In this document: piece after piece, positions 54,705 through 63,405 of the stretch
Layout: every line of letters starts with the position of its first letter
Numbering within the stretch: position 1 is the stretch's first letter
Virus record (IMG/VR): IMGVR_UViG_3300031227_000026
DNA length: 64,000 nucleotides
Reading direction: 5' to 3' (one strand)
DNA from: an uncultured virus (IMG/VR IMGVR_UViG_3300031227_000026)
Taxonomy: Duplodnaviria; Heunggongvirae; Uroviricota; Caudoviricetes
Notes under the pieces: model-generated
Told to the model about the DNA's origin: nothing
The model's input: the letters and a program-made list of their open reading frames with translations, nothing else
Databases searched by the model: none
Translations under genes and position numbers: made by a program

Positions 54705-57073
54705 GTTATGCCCAGTAGGGGCACAGTTTTTTTATGCTCAGTGACGAAATCTCTAACAACATCAGAAACTTCTGGTATTAAAGAGGGTAATGTACAAACT
54801 TCTAATTCATCGTGCTCATTCAATAATTTTATCCTCCACCTATTGACCCCTGCAGGCTGCAATGCTAGTAGGCGCATCTCTAATTCCTTTACTAATTCTG
54901 CTCCTGTTGATTGTATTACATGATTTGCTGCCGCCCGCATATTTGCAGCTTGAATCTGAAATGCTGCGCCCAGTATTGCAGATCGTAACGCTCCATGTGC
55001 TGTTTGTTCCCTATCTCTCCGTACTATCTTATACCGTATCTCTTTCCATTCTTTAGGCGGTTGTTCAGCCATATCAAAAAGGGCTTTAACAATACTATTT
55101 TCAAGAGTAAAATATCTCTTAAAGCCAAGCATTGACTCAATATACTCAGCAGGTTCGTGCCATTCTACTTTTGTTCCTATACCATTTGGTTGACGCATTG
55201 AACAAAACTCATCAAAAATTTTCTTTCGCTCAGCGCCCCATTGTGGGTGCATTAATACGAAATTATTATAGCCTTCCGTTGCTTTATCAGCAGGTATTCC
55301 TAAACGAATTACAAGCGCTTTATCATCACCGCCATATAAAATTAAAAATGTACACCCTTTGGACTTCTTGTAAATATCTTTATCGCCAGGAAGGCCATCT
55401 GTTGCTAGGATTTCTTCATAAGTCATTGGTGCGAAGAAGAATGATCCTAAAATCCCGTGAAAGGATGCTCGGACTTTCCCAGTTCCTTTGCATTTAGGAC
55501 AACCCTTCCCGCCACATTTGTGGCAGGTTTTAACTTCCATTAATTCTTTACGTAATGTTTCATCATTATATGCGGCATCTGCTAATGTAATTTCAAAAGC
55601 ATCAAAGTCACCACCACATAAGACCATACCACCATCTGCAAGTGGAAATTTATTTCTAACATACTTTGCTTTATTGATGCCCTGTGGATTAAGCCCACCT
55701 GTTCCTGCTTTACGATTAGATCGTGTTCCTACGATTACAAAATCAGGCTGCAGGCGGCCAGCTATTAGAAGCTTTTCGTAAATTTCTAGTTCCTTCTTTG
55801 CTCGCCGAGCTTTTAAAATCTCTTGAGCTCTACTAGCTGCAGGGTGCGGGTCGCCTGTTGGTAATACCCCTTCACCACCACACTGGTCGCAACCTTCACC
55901 TTCACATTTGTCACATATTACTTCAGCTCGCCATTTGGATATGGCTTCAAGGATAGATGCTTTGGTGCTTGTTTTATCGTTGTATTTTAGGCTAAGTTTT
56001 TCTATTGGTGTCATGACTTCCATGATATACTTCTTACACACCTGTGGCGCATTGAAGTTAAATTTGATTTCTTGAATCTGTTTCTTCTTTTCTTGGCGAA
56101 GTTTTTCGATACCATCAGTATCAACAGCAAATCCAGCCCATCTCGATGCACCTACTGCGCAAGCAATATTACTGTCATTATCTGGTTGTGGGTCTTCAAA
56201 GAAATGATACAAAGCTCTTGTATCTGCTACGTCGTCAGAAGCATATTCCCTAGCAAGGGTATTAAATGCCCAGTGTTGAATGTGCATATGTATCATCTCC
56301 GGCCAACCGTTATTTGTGATTTCGCGAATCTTCTTTGTCCCTTTCCAGATTTCTTTGGCTTTTTTGATAGCATTAGCATATGGGGCATATCCAAATTCAA
56401 ATGGCATTGCTGCAGTTGGTAATGCTATATCCCCATACATAAGTCTATGCTCCCGCGCAACACCGGCATCTACAGCCAATGCTTTGAGAGCCGATGATGG
56501 TGAAAACTTTAATACTAAGTCTTTCAGAGAAGGGTTGATGTCACCAAAATCATCCGCGATATCCTGCACCTGCCATCTTTCGTGCCGATTTTTTGCTCTT
56601 GTAAAATAGATATCCTTGAGAGGTATCCGGCTATCTAATTCATCTCGAAGCCGCCAAGCCAATGCTGTTGGGACTTTACGGATTCTTAAATCCTTTCGCT
56701 TCATCGTGCTTTGATACGGCCCCTTCCTCGCGACTAACATCAGGTCTACAGCTGCCTGCGGCTTGAGGCAAAGATCCACAAATCTTGCGGAGTCCTCCCA
56801 TTCAACGATTTCATCCATTGTGTAATCTAATGGGCAATATTTCTTATTAGGAGCCTGATAGAATGTTGTGTAAATTTTACAAAGATGAAACATATCAAAA
56901 GTCAAATTGAAGCCACAGATTGTGGAATCACAAAAACGTTCAATGAGTTCAAGAGTATCTTGGATTGGTTCATGCCAAATGGAGTGAAGGTTGATTTCTC
57001 CTTCATCCTCAGCCCACTGTAGTAAGACTGCCAAACCGTGAAATCCACAAGTCTCCGAGTCCAGGAAAAACAT
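54668..57073 (-). CDS. Family A DNA polymerase with 3'-5' exonuclease and two zinc-finger inserts
   Basis: ExoI LDSET, ExoII FNLTFD, ExoIII YASDD; motif A DFDAFE, motif B KGCTFLILYG, motif C HDEL. Confidence 0.9.
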   Translation of the reverse strand: MFFLDSETCGFHGLAVLLQWAEDEGEINLHSIWHEPIQDTLELIERFCDSTICGFNLTFDMFHLCKIYTTFYQAPNKKYCPLDYTMDEIVEWEDSARFVDLCLKPQAAVDLMLVARKGPYQSTMKRKDLRIRKVPTALAWRLRDELDSRIPLKDIYFTRAKNRHERWQVQDIADDFGDINPSLKDLVLKFSPSSALKALAVDAGVAREHRLMYGDIALPTAAMPFEFGYAPYANAIKKAKEIWKGTKKIREITNNGWPEMIHMHIQHWAFNTLAREYASDDVADTRALYHFFEDPQPDNDSNIACAVGASRWAGFAVDTDGIEKLRQEKKKQIQEIKFNFNAPQVCKKYIMEVMTPIEKLSLKYNDKTSTKASILEAISKWRAEVICDKCEGEGCDQCGGEGVLPTGDPHPAASRAQEILKARRAKKELEIYEKLLIAGRLQPDFVIVGTRSNRKAGTGGLNPQGINKAKYVRNKFPLADGGMVLCGGDFDAFEITLADAAYNDETLRKELMEVKTCHKCGGKGCPKCKGTGKVRASFHGILGSFFFAPMTYEEILATDGLPGDKDIYKKSKGCTFLILYGGDDKALVIRLGIPADKATEGYNNFVLMHPQWGAERKKIFDEFCSMRQPNGIGTKVEWHEPAEYIESMLGFKRYFTLENSIVKALFDMAEQPPKEWKEIRYKIVRRDREQTAHGALRSAILGAAFQIQAANMRAAANHVIQSTGAELVKELEMRLLALQPAGVNRWRIKLLNEHDELEVCTLPSLIPEVSDVVRDFVTEHKKTVPLLGITWKESMNTWADK

Positions 57074-57097
57074 ATCTTTTCGTTCTCCTAATATTTA

Positions 57098-57242
57098 GTA
57101 GGTGGCGCAGTGTTGTCTCTACGCCGCCCAACAAGTGGAGTTCTTATGGTTTGTGTCTGCCACTTGTTAATAATGGGACAACAAGCGTGTACTCTTGTTG
57201 TCCCAGTAGGCCGCATTCTTTGGGCTAAATGTTATGACCTAC
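57098..57242 (-). ncRNA. Chain of four abutting hairpins upstream of the polymerase
   Basis: Stems of 7-12 bp, e.g. TGGGACAACAAG/CTTGTTGTCCCA and AACAAGTGG/CCACTTGTT. Confidence 0.45.
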
Positions 57243-57267
57243 CTTGTATTATTGATTTTTCAATCAA

Positions 57268-57408
57268 TTACCGCCCACGCCCGCTTCCTTTGCCTTTTCC
57301 TACACCGCTCTTCGGTCTAGGTCCAGGTTTTGCTCCTGGACATTTTCCTCTCTGTCCACCGGTCTTTGCACCTTTACCTGCCGGCCCCGTTCCATCGCGT
57401 CTAGGCAT
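57268..57408 (-). CDS. 46-aa Gly/Lys/Arg-rich DUF5320-like protein (missed by the ORF track)
   Basis: AGGAG RBS; MPRRDGTGPAGKGAKTGGQRGKCPG... Confidence 0.7.
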   Translation of the reverse strand: MPRRDGTGPAGKGAKTGGQRGKCPGAKPGPRPKSGVGKGKGSGRGR

Positions 57409-57422
57409 CTCAATTCTCCTAT

Positions 57423-57508
57423 CCTATGCAGCAGTTGTTTACCTGATCCGGCGCCTACCAAGATGCCGGCCTTTTTGGGTGCGCCTACTGCGCCCACACC
57501 GCTATAGG
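57423..57508 (-). ncRNA. Unannotated 3-way-junction RNA candidate
   Basis: Closing CCTAT-AGCGGT/ACTGCT-ATAGG with hairpins TGGG-CGC/GCG-CCCA and CCGGC/GCCGG. Confidence 0.4.
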
Positions 57509-57582
57509 TGGTTGCTCAGCAAGGACTCGAACCTTAGTTACCAGAATCAAAGTCTGGGGTGCTACCACTACACTACTGAGCA
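57509..57582 (-). tRNA. tRNA-Gln(TTG)
   Basis: Cloverleaf; anticodon arm CCAGA-CTTTGAT-TCTGG; GGTTCGAGTCC; CCA end. Confidence 0.92.
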
Positions 57583-57584
57583 TT

Positions 57585-57684
57585 CGTGACGGGACAGGTT
57601 TTACTGTCTTTTATGCGATTGCGCAAATCACTAGTAAAGATGCCTTGGTCACATAAGTCTTTCACGTATTAAACGACCGCCACG
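57585..57684 (-). ncRNA. Unannotated multi-stem RNA candidate between two tRNAs
   Basis: Closing CGTGGCGG/CCGTCACG; inner GTGATT/AATCGC and GACAG/CTGTC. Confidence 0.45.
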
Positions 57685-57688
57685 TCGG

Positions 57689-57761
57689 CGGAGCGGGCGG
57701 GACTCGAACCCGCAATCTCCAGATCGACAATCTGGCGCTTTAACCTTTAAGCTACCGCCCT
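57689..57761 (-). tRNA. tRNA-Asp(GTC)
   Basis: CCAGA-TTGTCGA-TCTGG; GGTTCGAGTCC; A1.C72 mismatch; followed by CCG rather than CCA. Confidence 0.85.
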
Positions 57762-57762
57762 A

Positions 57763-57839
57763 TGGTAGCGGAGACAGGATTCGAACCTGCGACCCTCTGC
57801 TCCCAAAGCAGATGCTCCACCAAACTGAGCTACTCCACT
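57763..57839 (-). tRNA. tRNA-Pro(TGG)
   Basis: TCTGC-TTTGGGA-GCAGA; GGTTCGAATCC; CCA end. Confidence 0.9.
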
Positions 57840-57843
57840 GTCA

Positions 57844-57918
57844 TGGCGGGCAGAGAAGGAATCGAACCCCCATCTTCGGTTTTGGAAACCGAGGTTCTAC
57901 CAGTTAAACTATCTACCC
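57844..57918 (-). tRNA. tRNA-Trp(CCA)
   Basis: TCGGT-TTCCAAA-ACCGA; GGTTCGATTCC; CCA end. Confidence 0.92.
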
Positions 57919-57923
57919 TATAA

Positions 57924-58012
57924 ATGCGAAGAGGAGCAGGTGTCTCACCTGCCCAATCGGGGCCCGTGAAATTGGATTGGTGGTGACTTTAGCACCTATC
58001 CTAACTTCGCAT
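57924..58012 (-). ncRNA. tRNA-like 4-way-junction RNA candidate
   Basis: ATGCGAAG/CTTCGCAT closing stem; GGTG/CACC; CCAAT/ATTGG; T-arm-like GCAGG-TGAGACA-CCTGC. Confidence 0.5.
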
Positions 58013-58017
58013 CTAGT

Positions 58018-58082
58018 ACAAGCTCTGTCGGACTTTTACAGACCTGTCGTCACAGCCACTCTTTAAATTAGTGGTTGCTTGC
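58018..58082 (-). ncRNA. Small 4-way-junction RNA candidate
   Basis: GCAAGC/GCTTGT closing; CCACT/AGTGG, CTGT/ACAG and TCTGT/ACAGA arms. Confidence 0.35.
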
Positions 58083-58086
58083 TCTA

Positions 58087-58911
58087 TTACTCATCGGAAA
58101 TCCTTGTCCAATCTTTAACTACGTAACTAGGATACTCTAATAGAATATCACTTTCAAATTCATCGTTAGTAATTTCACCAGCGCACCAAGCTAATGCGCG
58201 TGTCATAAGACTTGGGCTAGTATGCTTTATGATATGCTCAATCATCTTAAAGATTTCCTGTCGTTTCCTATGATACTTTGCCGTCCCCTTCATCTTTGTT
58301 GGGGATACAGTAGCAGGAATCCCACGAGCTTTACCGTCTTTAAGTTTCTTTGCGGCCGAGAAACAAGCCTCTTTACCGAAGTTATTTAATACAGTATAAA
58401 GTTCTCGAACACCCCCTTGCACAATTGCACCAATTGCAAATTCAGCCTGAACTTCTTCTGGAAGCTCAAGAAGCATAAACCTAACTTGAACCCAACCACG
58501 AGATGTTCCAAGTTTCTCAGCGCATTCTTCTTGTTTGATTCCTAAATCCTTTAGCTTCTTTATTGCTTTTGCTTCCTGAACAATGTTGAGATCTTTGCGT
58601 TGAAGATTTTCTGCGAGATTGAACATTCTTGCAGATACTTCATCCATATGTTCATGGATTGTAGCGTGTATTGTTAATTTCTTTAAAACCTGATGAGCAT
58701 AATAACGTCTAAAACCAACAAGAAGTTTCCACTTTAGCCCTGTTCTTTCTTGCTCAACAGCATTGAACAAGCATACTGTTACAGGCTGTATCAAACCATT
58801 CTTCTCAATATCTTTAGCCAAATCAATAACATCAATAGGTGTAATTGCACCCCTACAATTAAATTCAGAATCGGCATCAATTTCATTAAGTGGGACTTCA
58901 ATAACTTTCAT
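58087..58911 (-). CDS. ParB/RepB/Spo0J-family protein
   Basis: LAKDIEKNGLIQPVTV, GFRRYYA, NLAENLQRKDL, HTH QEECAEKLGTSRGWV. Confidence 0.9.
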   Translation of the reverse strand: MKVIEVPLNEIDADSEFNCRGAITPIDVIDLAKDIEKNGLIQPVTVCLFNAVEQERTGLKWKLLVGFRRYYAHQVLKKLTIHATIHEHMDEVSARMFNLAENLQRKDLNIVQEAKAIKKLKDLGIKQEECAEKLGTSRGWVQVRFMLLELPEEVQAEFAIGAIVQGGVRELYTVLNNFGKEACFSAAKKLKDGKARGIPATVSPTKMKGTAKYHRKRQEIFKMIEHIIKHTSPSLMTRALAWCAGEITNDEFESDILLEYPSYVVKDWTRISDE

Positions 58912-60748
58912 CTTCTGTCTCCTTTTTATCAAGAGCTTCTGCAAGCTCACCCATAGATAATGCCTGTAACTTTTTCTTTTGCTTCAAATTTTTAAGAATT
59001 AAAGTATCTGTTGGCAAGTGTATTAAGTCTTTAATTACTAGACCTTTATTAGTATCCATGCCTATTCGATGGCATCTATCTTCAGCTTGCATACGATGCT
59101 CACCGTTAAATGTATTTGAATAAAATAACATCGTTGGGGCTGCTGTAAAAGTATTTGCCATACCGCCAGCGCCAGCATTTCCAACTATACAAATTTTAGG
59201 ATATTGTTCTAAAAGATTTTTAAAATCTTTATGAGATCTATCCATTGCATTGAGGAATATATCTGAATCTATTTTTTCACCAGTGGCCATTTCACCTAAA
59301 TAGCCACGACCATCTATGCGTAATACAGCCCACCCCTGTTTATGGGCAATAGTAACTAGCCTGTCTATCGTCCCCTCGAAACCGCCCCAAACAACATATC
59401 GTCCAATATCTTCGTGCTGGTCGAGGTCGTCGATAAAATACTGGTCTTTAGGCGACTCAACAATAGTTGTGATACGTTCATATATGGCAATTTTTCCAGA
59501 TCCACCACACATATCACATTCGGGATTCCCACCAGCACAGATACAATCTTTTTCATCAATTTTCTCCTGCGAATATTGAAAGCCATCACTTAGTTCCCGT
59601 AAAAGCATTAGTGCCGTTATTGCTCTGGGGGCAACCTTAGCAATTAATTTTGCCGTTCTCAATGTTTCAACTGTAGGTTTGATTTTTACAATCTCATAAC
59701 GCTTGTCGGGCAAATCTAAACAATCCTTTTTGAATAAAACAATAACAAGTCCTTTCATTCTTTCATAAAGAAATTGGACTTCATTCTTTGACTTAAGAAA
59801 CTTGTGACCAGACTCCATAATGTTTAGTCTATGGTCAGGATTCTCGTAGTCAAGTTTCCCACATTTTGCGCATTTATTTTCATCATCAAGCCACGTAATT
59901 AAATGCGGATAAACGCCACCTGTTATTGATTCCCTTTGCTCAACCAAAGATAGGCGAGCTTTGAATTTTGCTGGATGCCCTTCTTTAATAAATCCAGGGT
60001 AAGCAACCTCACAAGCATGCCACCAGTCTGTTGGTTCTTTGGGTGCAGGTGTTCCTGACATCAGAATCACATATCCATTTTCGCCATATTCTTCTCTGAT
60101 ACTATCAGCAAGTTTCTTAGCTGCTTGTGACCGTTGGGCAGTAGGTGTTTTTATCTTGCTACTTTCATCGAAGATAACCATTTTTGGAGCCGGAACTCCT
60201 GGTTGCCAATTTTTCATAACCCCAACAAGCCCTTCGTAAGTCAACATACGTGGTCTGATTTTACAATCCCATTTAAGCAATTCTCGATTAACCGCAACAA
60301 CACCTGCTCGCGGGCCAGCATACCACACATCACTTGAATTTTTCATACCCGCTTTTTCCAGTATCTCTATTGCAGCTAGTGTCTTGCCCGTTCCCATTTC
60401 ACAGGCTAAAATACAATAATGTCTATGGTATCCGAAGATAGCCATATGCTTCTGATGAGCATATAATGGCCTAATCGTTTCCCAAGTTTTGTCACTCAAA
60501 TCTTTATCGAAATGGGCATAAGGATTTTCGCCCATTAAAAATTTGAGTTGAAACTGATTCCTAAAAGAATTAGCTATCGACCATACTTTTTTAGGTGGAC
60601 TTTCAAAGCCATGCCACTTGGCTCCTTCCATTGACTTGATTTCCCCAAGCAAAGATTTATTATATCTGAATTGGACAAAGAGGCGAGAGCCTTGTTCGGT
60701 TATTGTAACAGGTATCATATATCTCCCAATACGTAATTTGATATCCAT
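58898..60748 (-). CDS. SNF2-like superfamily 2 helicase
   Basis: EMGTGKT, FDESS, MSGTP, QAEDRCHRIG. Confidence 0.88.
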   Translation of the reverse strand: MDIKLRIGRYMIPVTITEQGSRLFVQFRYNKSLLGEIKSMEGAKWHGFESPPKKVWSIANSFRNQFQLKFLMGENPYAHFDKDLSDKTWETIRPLYAHQKHMAIFGYHRHYCILACEMGTGKTLAAIEILEKAGMKNSSDVWYAGPRAGVVAVNRELLKWDCKIRPRMLTYEGLVGVMKNWQPGVPAPKMVIFDESSKIKTPTAQRSQAAKKLADSIREEYGENGYVILMSGTPAPKEPTDWWHACEVAYPGFIKEGHPAKFKARLSLVEQRESITGGVYPHLITWLDDENKCAKCGKLDYENPDHRLNIMESGHKFLKSKNEVQFLYERMKGLVIVLFKKDCLDLPDKRYEIVKIKPTVETLRTAKLIAKVAPRAITALMLLRELSDGFQYSQEKIDEKDCICAGGNPECDMCGGSGKIAIYERITTIVESPKDQYFIDDLDQHEDIGRYVVWGGFEGTIDRLVTIAHKQGWAVLRIDGRGYLGEMATGEKIDSDIFLNAMDRSHKDFKNLLEQYPKICIVGNAGAGGMANTFTAAPTMLFYSNTFNGEHRMQAEDRCHRIGMDTNKGLVIKDLIHLPTDTLILKNLKQKKKLQALSMGELAEALDKKETEDESY

Positions 60749-61251
60749 TATGACTTCTCCAATTCAAAAGTACCATCTTGTAAATCGTGTTTCGTATAAT
60801 TATTAAATAGATCGCGAAATCCTGCAGTCTCAAGCTTGCATATAATATTATCGGCTAAGAGTCTAAGTTCCTTACTTGTATTTGGCATTGTTAATGATAC
60901 AATAATAAAAATATACCAGTAAAAAATACTTGCGGTCATTATTGTATATGATGTTTTCTTAGACGATGAAACAACTAGAATATCTACTCCGCGTATCTGT
61001 GTAACTAAGTCATCTTCCAAATCGCCAACGAACGAAAGGTGAACATGTTTAAAAACTGGATTCAACTCCGTCCGCAAGCATTCTAATGGCTGATTTCTCA
61101 AATCTAGGCTTGCGACATAGGCTTTAGCTTCTTTTGGATTAATGTTATGTTTATCTATACCCCGTGTGGGTGAGAAGCCAAGAGACTCTTGACATGTCTT
61201 TATGAAGGTTTCCCAATGCACATTGGTCGTCGCTAAAGCGAAAATTTCCAT
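60748..61251 (-). CDS. Degenerate ThyX-fold-like protein
   Basis: PVFKHVHLSF and IMTAS..W..FI..KELRLLA resemble the ThyX ends; RHR..S motif absent. Confidence 0.4.
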   Translation of the reverse strand: MEIFALATTNVHWETFIKTCQESLGFSPTRGIDKHNINPKEAKAYVASLDLRNQPLECLRTELNPVFKHVHLSFVGDLEDDLVTQIRGVDILVVSSSKKTSYTIMTASIFYWYIFIIVSLTMPNTSKELRLLADNIICKLETAGFRDLFNNYTKHDLQDGTFELEKS

Positions 61252-61263
61252 TAGACCCTCTTA

Positions 61264-61308
61264 AATAAAGGGAGAATCGGGTATGGTGTGACTCATACCC
61301 GATTCTCT
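61264..61308 (-). terminator. Rho-independent terminator
   Basis: AGAGAATCGGGTATG / CATACCCGATTCTCC followed by TTTATTT. Confidence 0.8.
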
Positions 61309-61314
61309 AAATAG

Positions 61315-61995
61315 TTACCTGCTACGGGCATCTTCATCTGGCTTATCAGCAAGTTCCGCCGTAGGGGCTGGCGGATTATTGAATTTTTTTACTTGCTCAA
61401 TAAGATCTTCTTGGTCTGGCAACTCGAAAGGAGTAGTACAAGCTGTAACAAAGGGGCCGTACCAAGTATGCTTACTACCTTCGATCTTTCGGCTACCTAA
61501 TGTGGCGGCTTTCTTGAGTCTAGCGGACACGCTCTTAGCTTCATTTCGAGCAGTCTTAGAACCCATGAAATATACAGCCCATTTCTTGATTGCTGGAATC
61601 CAAACAAAAAACTCTGGGCCATACATGCACCCACTATTATCTATAAGTGATTTGTCCTGTATAGTTTTGAATGTAGCACTCTCTTGGTCATAATTAGAAA
61701 TTACTGCATCCTTACCCATTTCAAGAGCTTTTGGCCGCCAAGTAACTACTAGAACATCTACTTCTTCCCCTAAGTCCAAATGTTCAGAACCTTCGATGCA
61801 AGCATAATGATTTATCGGAAACTTTCCATCTTTACAAGGCTTAGAATTAGAAGTCATTAGTTGGAGTCTTGGAAGATAGTCACCTGACTTGGCAAGATTT
61901 GTCAAATCCTCATTGGAATATTTGTCTAAAGGGGCATCTTCAGGAAGTGAAGGTAAAAGATTTTCATCATCAGAAAAGATAGATTTAAAGGTCAT
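61315..61995 (-). CDS. Probable ssDNA-binding protein
   Basis: GGAG RBS at 62006; YLPRLQL motif; aromatic beta pattern; acidic tail; replication context. Confidence 0.5.
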   Translation of the reverse strand: MTFKSIFSDDENLLPSLPEDAPLDKYSNEDLTNLAKSGDYLPRLQLMTSNSKPCKDGKFPINHYACIEGSEHLDLGEEVDVLVVTWRPKALEMGKDAVISNYDQESATFKTIQDKSLIDNSGCMYGPEFFVWIPAIKKWAVYFMGSKTARNEAKSVSARLKKAATLGSRKIEGSKHTWYGPFVTACTTPFELPDQEDLIEQVKKFNNPPAPTAELADKPDEDARSR

Positions 61996-62020
61996 GTTCA
62001 AGGTTCTCCTAAAGTAATGT

Positions 62021-62054
62021 AAAATAGGGGGCGGGTTCATGTCACCCGCCCCTA
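62021..62054 (-). terminator. Rho-independent terminator after ParB
   Basis: TAGGGGCGGGT / ACCCGCCCCCTA followed by TTTT. Confidence 0.75.
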
Positions 62055-62077
62055 GCTTGTATGTCTTTGATATAGAA

Positions 62078-63064
62078 TTACTTCTTCTCGAAATTAGCCT
62101 TAACCTCATCGGCAATGACTGCGGCTTCTTTAGCTTCCTTTTCCGCTTTTGCCTTTTTAGCTTCAGCTTTCTTGATCTCACGACGCTTGGCGGCTTCTGC
62201 TTTTTCAGCCATCTGCGCATCATGCTTTGCTTTTTGAGCTTCAACGCTCATCGGGTCAACATGCATAACCCAACGAAGAGCAAGATTCCAACCATCGACT
62301 GCCGACTTTGCACCGACTTTCTTAATCAGGCCGCCGCCAACTTTTGAGGCTTCCATCTCATCCTTAATGGCCTTAATCTTCTGCATAAATGCAGCAGGCT
62401 GAAATTCAGCGGGAGTTGCATCTTTACCCTTGCGAGCCGCTTCACGAAGCTCTTTGAGGCGAGCATTAGCAGCCGCCGCAAATTCTCCAGGCGGAAGGGT
62501 CATTGCACGCTCTAGGAAATCAGCTTGCTCATTGGGCGGAAGTTTCGCCAACGCATAAGCATTGACAAGACAAATACGACCTTCATCAATAAGCTCGCCA
62601 GTTTTCTTATCAGCAATCTTATTGATACTAAGGCGATCCTTAATCCACGTTGCAGACTTCGCCAATTTCTCAGCAAGTTCTGATTCCGTCATCAATGGAT
62701 TGCGTCCAAGAATCCTACGAAGTTGTGCCGAATACTCGCAAGGCTTTGTTTCAATCTTGTGAATATTGGTCATAATTTGCGCTTCGAGAAGCTGATCTTC
62801 GTTCATCGAGAGAATGATTACGGGAATCTCGGTGAGTCCCGCTTCTCTGGCTCCTGCAAAACGATGCAAACCATCGATAAGCTCGTAGAACTTTTCGTTA
62901 GTCTTTTCGTCAGTACTCCGACGAACTGAAATAGGATTCATCACACCCGATTTTCGAATCGAGTCTACAAGACCCTGAAACTGCTCAGAATCCTTCTGCA
63001 CGTTACGCAGGGCGACAGGATTCTCTCTGATTTCAGAAATCTTCAAGGTTTTCAAATCTGCCAT
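62078..63064 (-). CDS. ParB/RepB/Spo0J-family protein with a Lys/Ala-rich tail
   Basis: LVDSIRKSGVMNPISVR, YELIDGLHRF, HTH ESELAEKLAKSATWI. Confidence 0.9.
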   Translation of the reverse strand: MADLKTLKISEIRENPVALRNVQKDSEQFQGLVDSIRKSGVMNPISVRRSTDEKTNEKFYELIDGLHRFAGAREAGLTEIPVIILSMNEDQLLEAQIMTNIHKIETKPCEYSAQLRRILGRNPLMTESELAEKLAKSATWIKDRLSINKIADKKTGELIDEGRICLVNAYALAKLPPNEQADFLERAMTLPPGEFAAAANARLKELREAARKGKDATPAEFQPAAFMQKIKAIKDEMEASKVGGGLIKKVGAKSAVDGWNLALRWVMHVDPMSVEAQKAKHDAQMAEKAEAAKRREIKKAEAKKAKAEKEAKEAAVIADEVKANFEKK

Positions 63065-63177
63065 ACTACAAGCTCCTAACTAAATTATTTGATTTGGCAA
63101 ATCGTTGCATTATCAAAATCAAATCACACTTGCAACATTTGCCTGCGCCGGCGGCAACATTTACCGCCGACAGAAAG

Positions 63178-63217
63178 CCGATATAGTATAATATCCGAAT
63201 GAACATAATTCGTCTAA
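63178..63217 (-). promoter_or_regulatory. Leftward promoter (left arm of a 40-bp inverted repeat)
   Basis: TTAGAC-gaattatgttcattcgga-TATTAT. Confidence 0.7.
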
Positions 63218-63405
63218 AGTATTTTAAAATAGTTACATGTATAAGGTATAGGAATATGATTTGATTTCGGTCTTACAGTCTTCTGGATAGAGCATTCTCA
63301 ATTACTACTGTATATTTTTTTCTTTTCTTTTTTTTTCACCAAATGGTTAAAAAACATAAGAACGTAAAATGTAATATGTTGCTATAAAAGAGTTTACAGA
63401 ATTTG

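Noticed and set aside
54668..57073. Inteins or introns in the polymerase
   Set aside because: The inserts are short Cys motifs without intein termini or homing endonuclease motifs.
57110..57589. 159-aa plus-strand ORF
   Set aside because: Overlaps tRNA-Gln and the DUF5320-like ORF on the other strand.
61996..62244. Basic N-terminal extension of ORF 61315..62244
   Set aside because: Overlaps the ParB gene and its terminator; the RBS supports a start at 61995.
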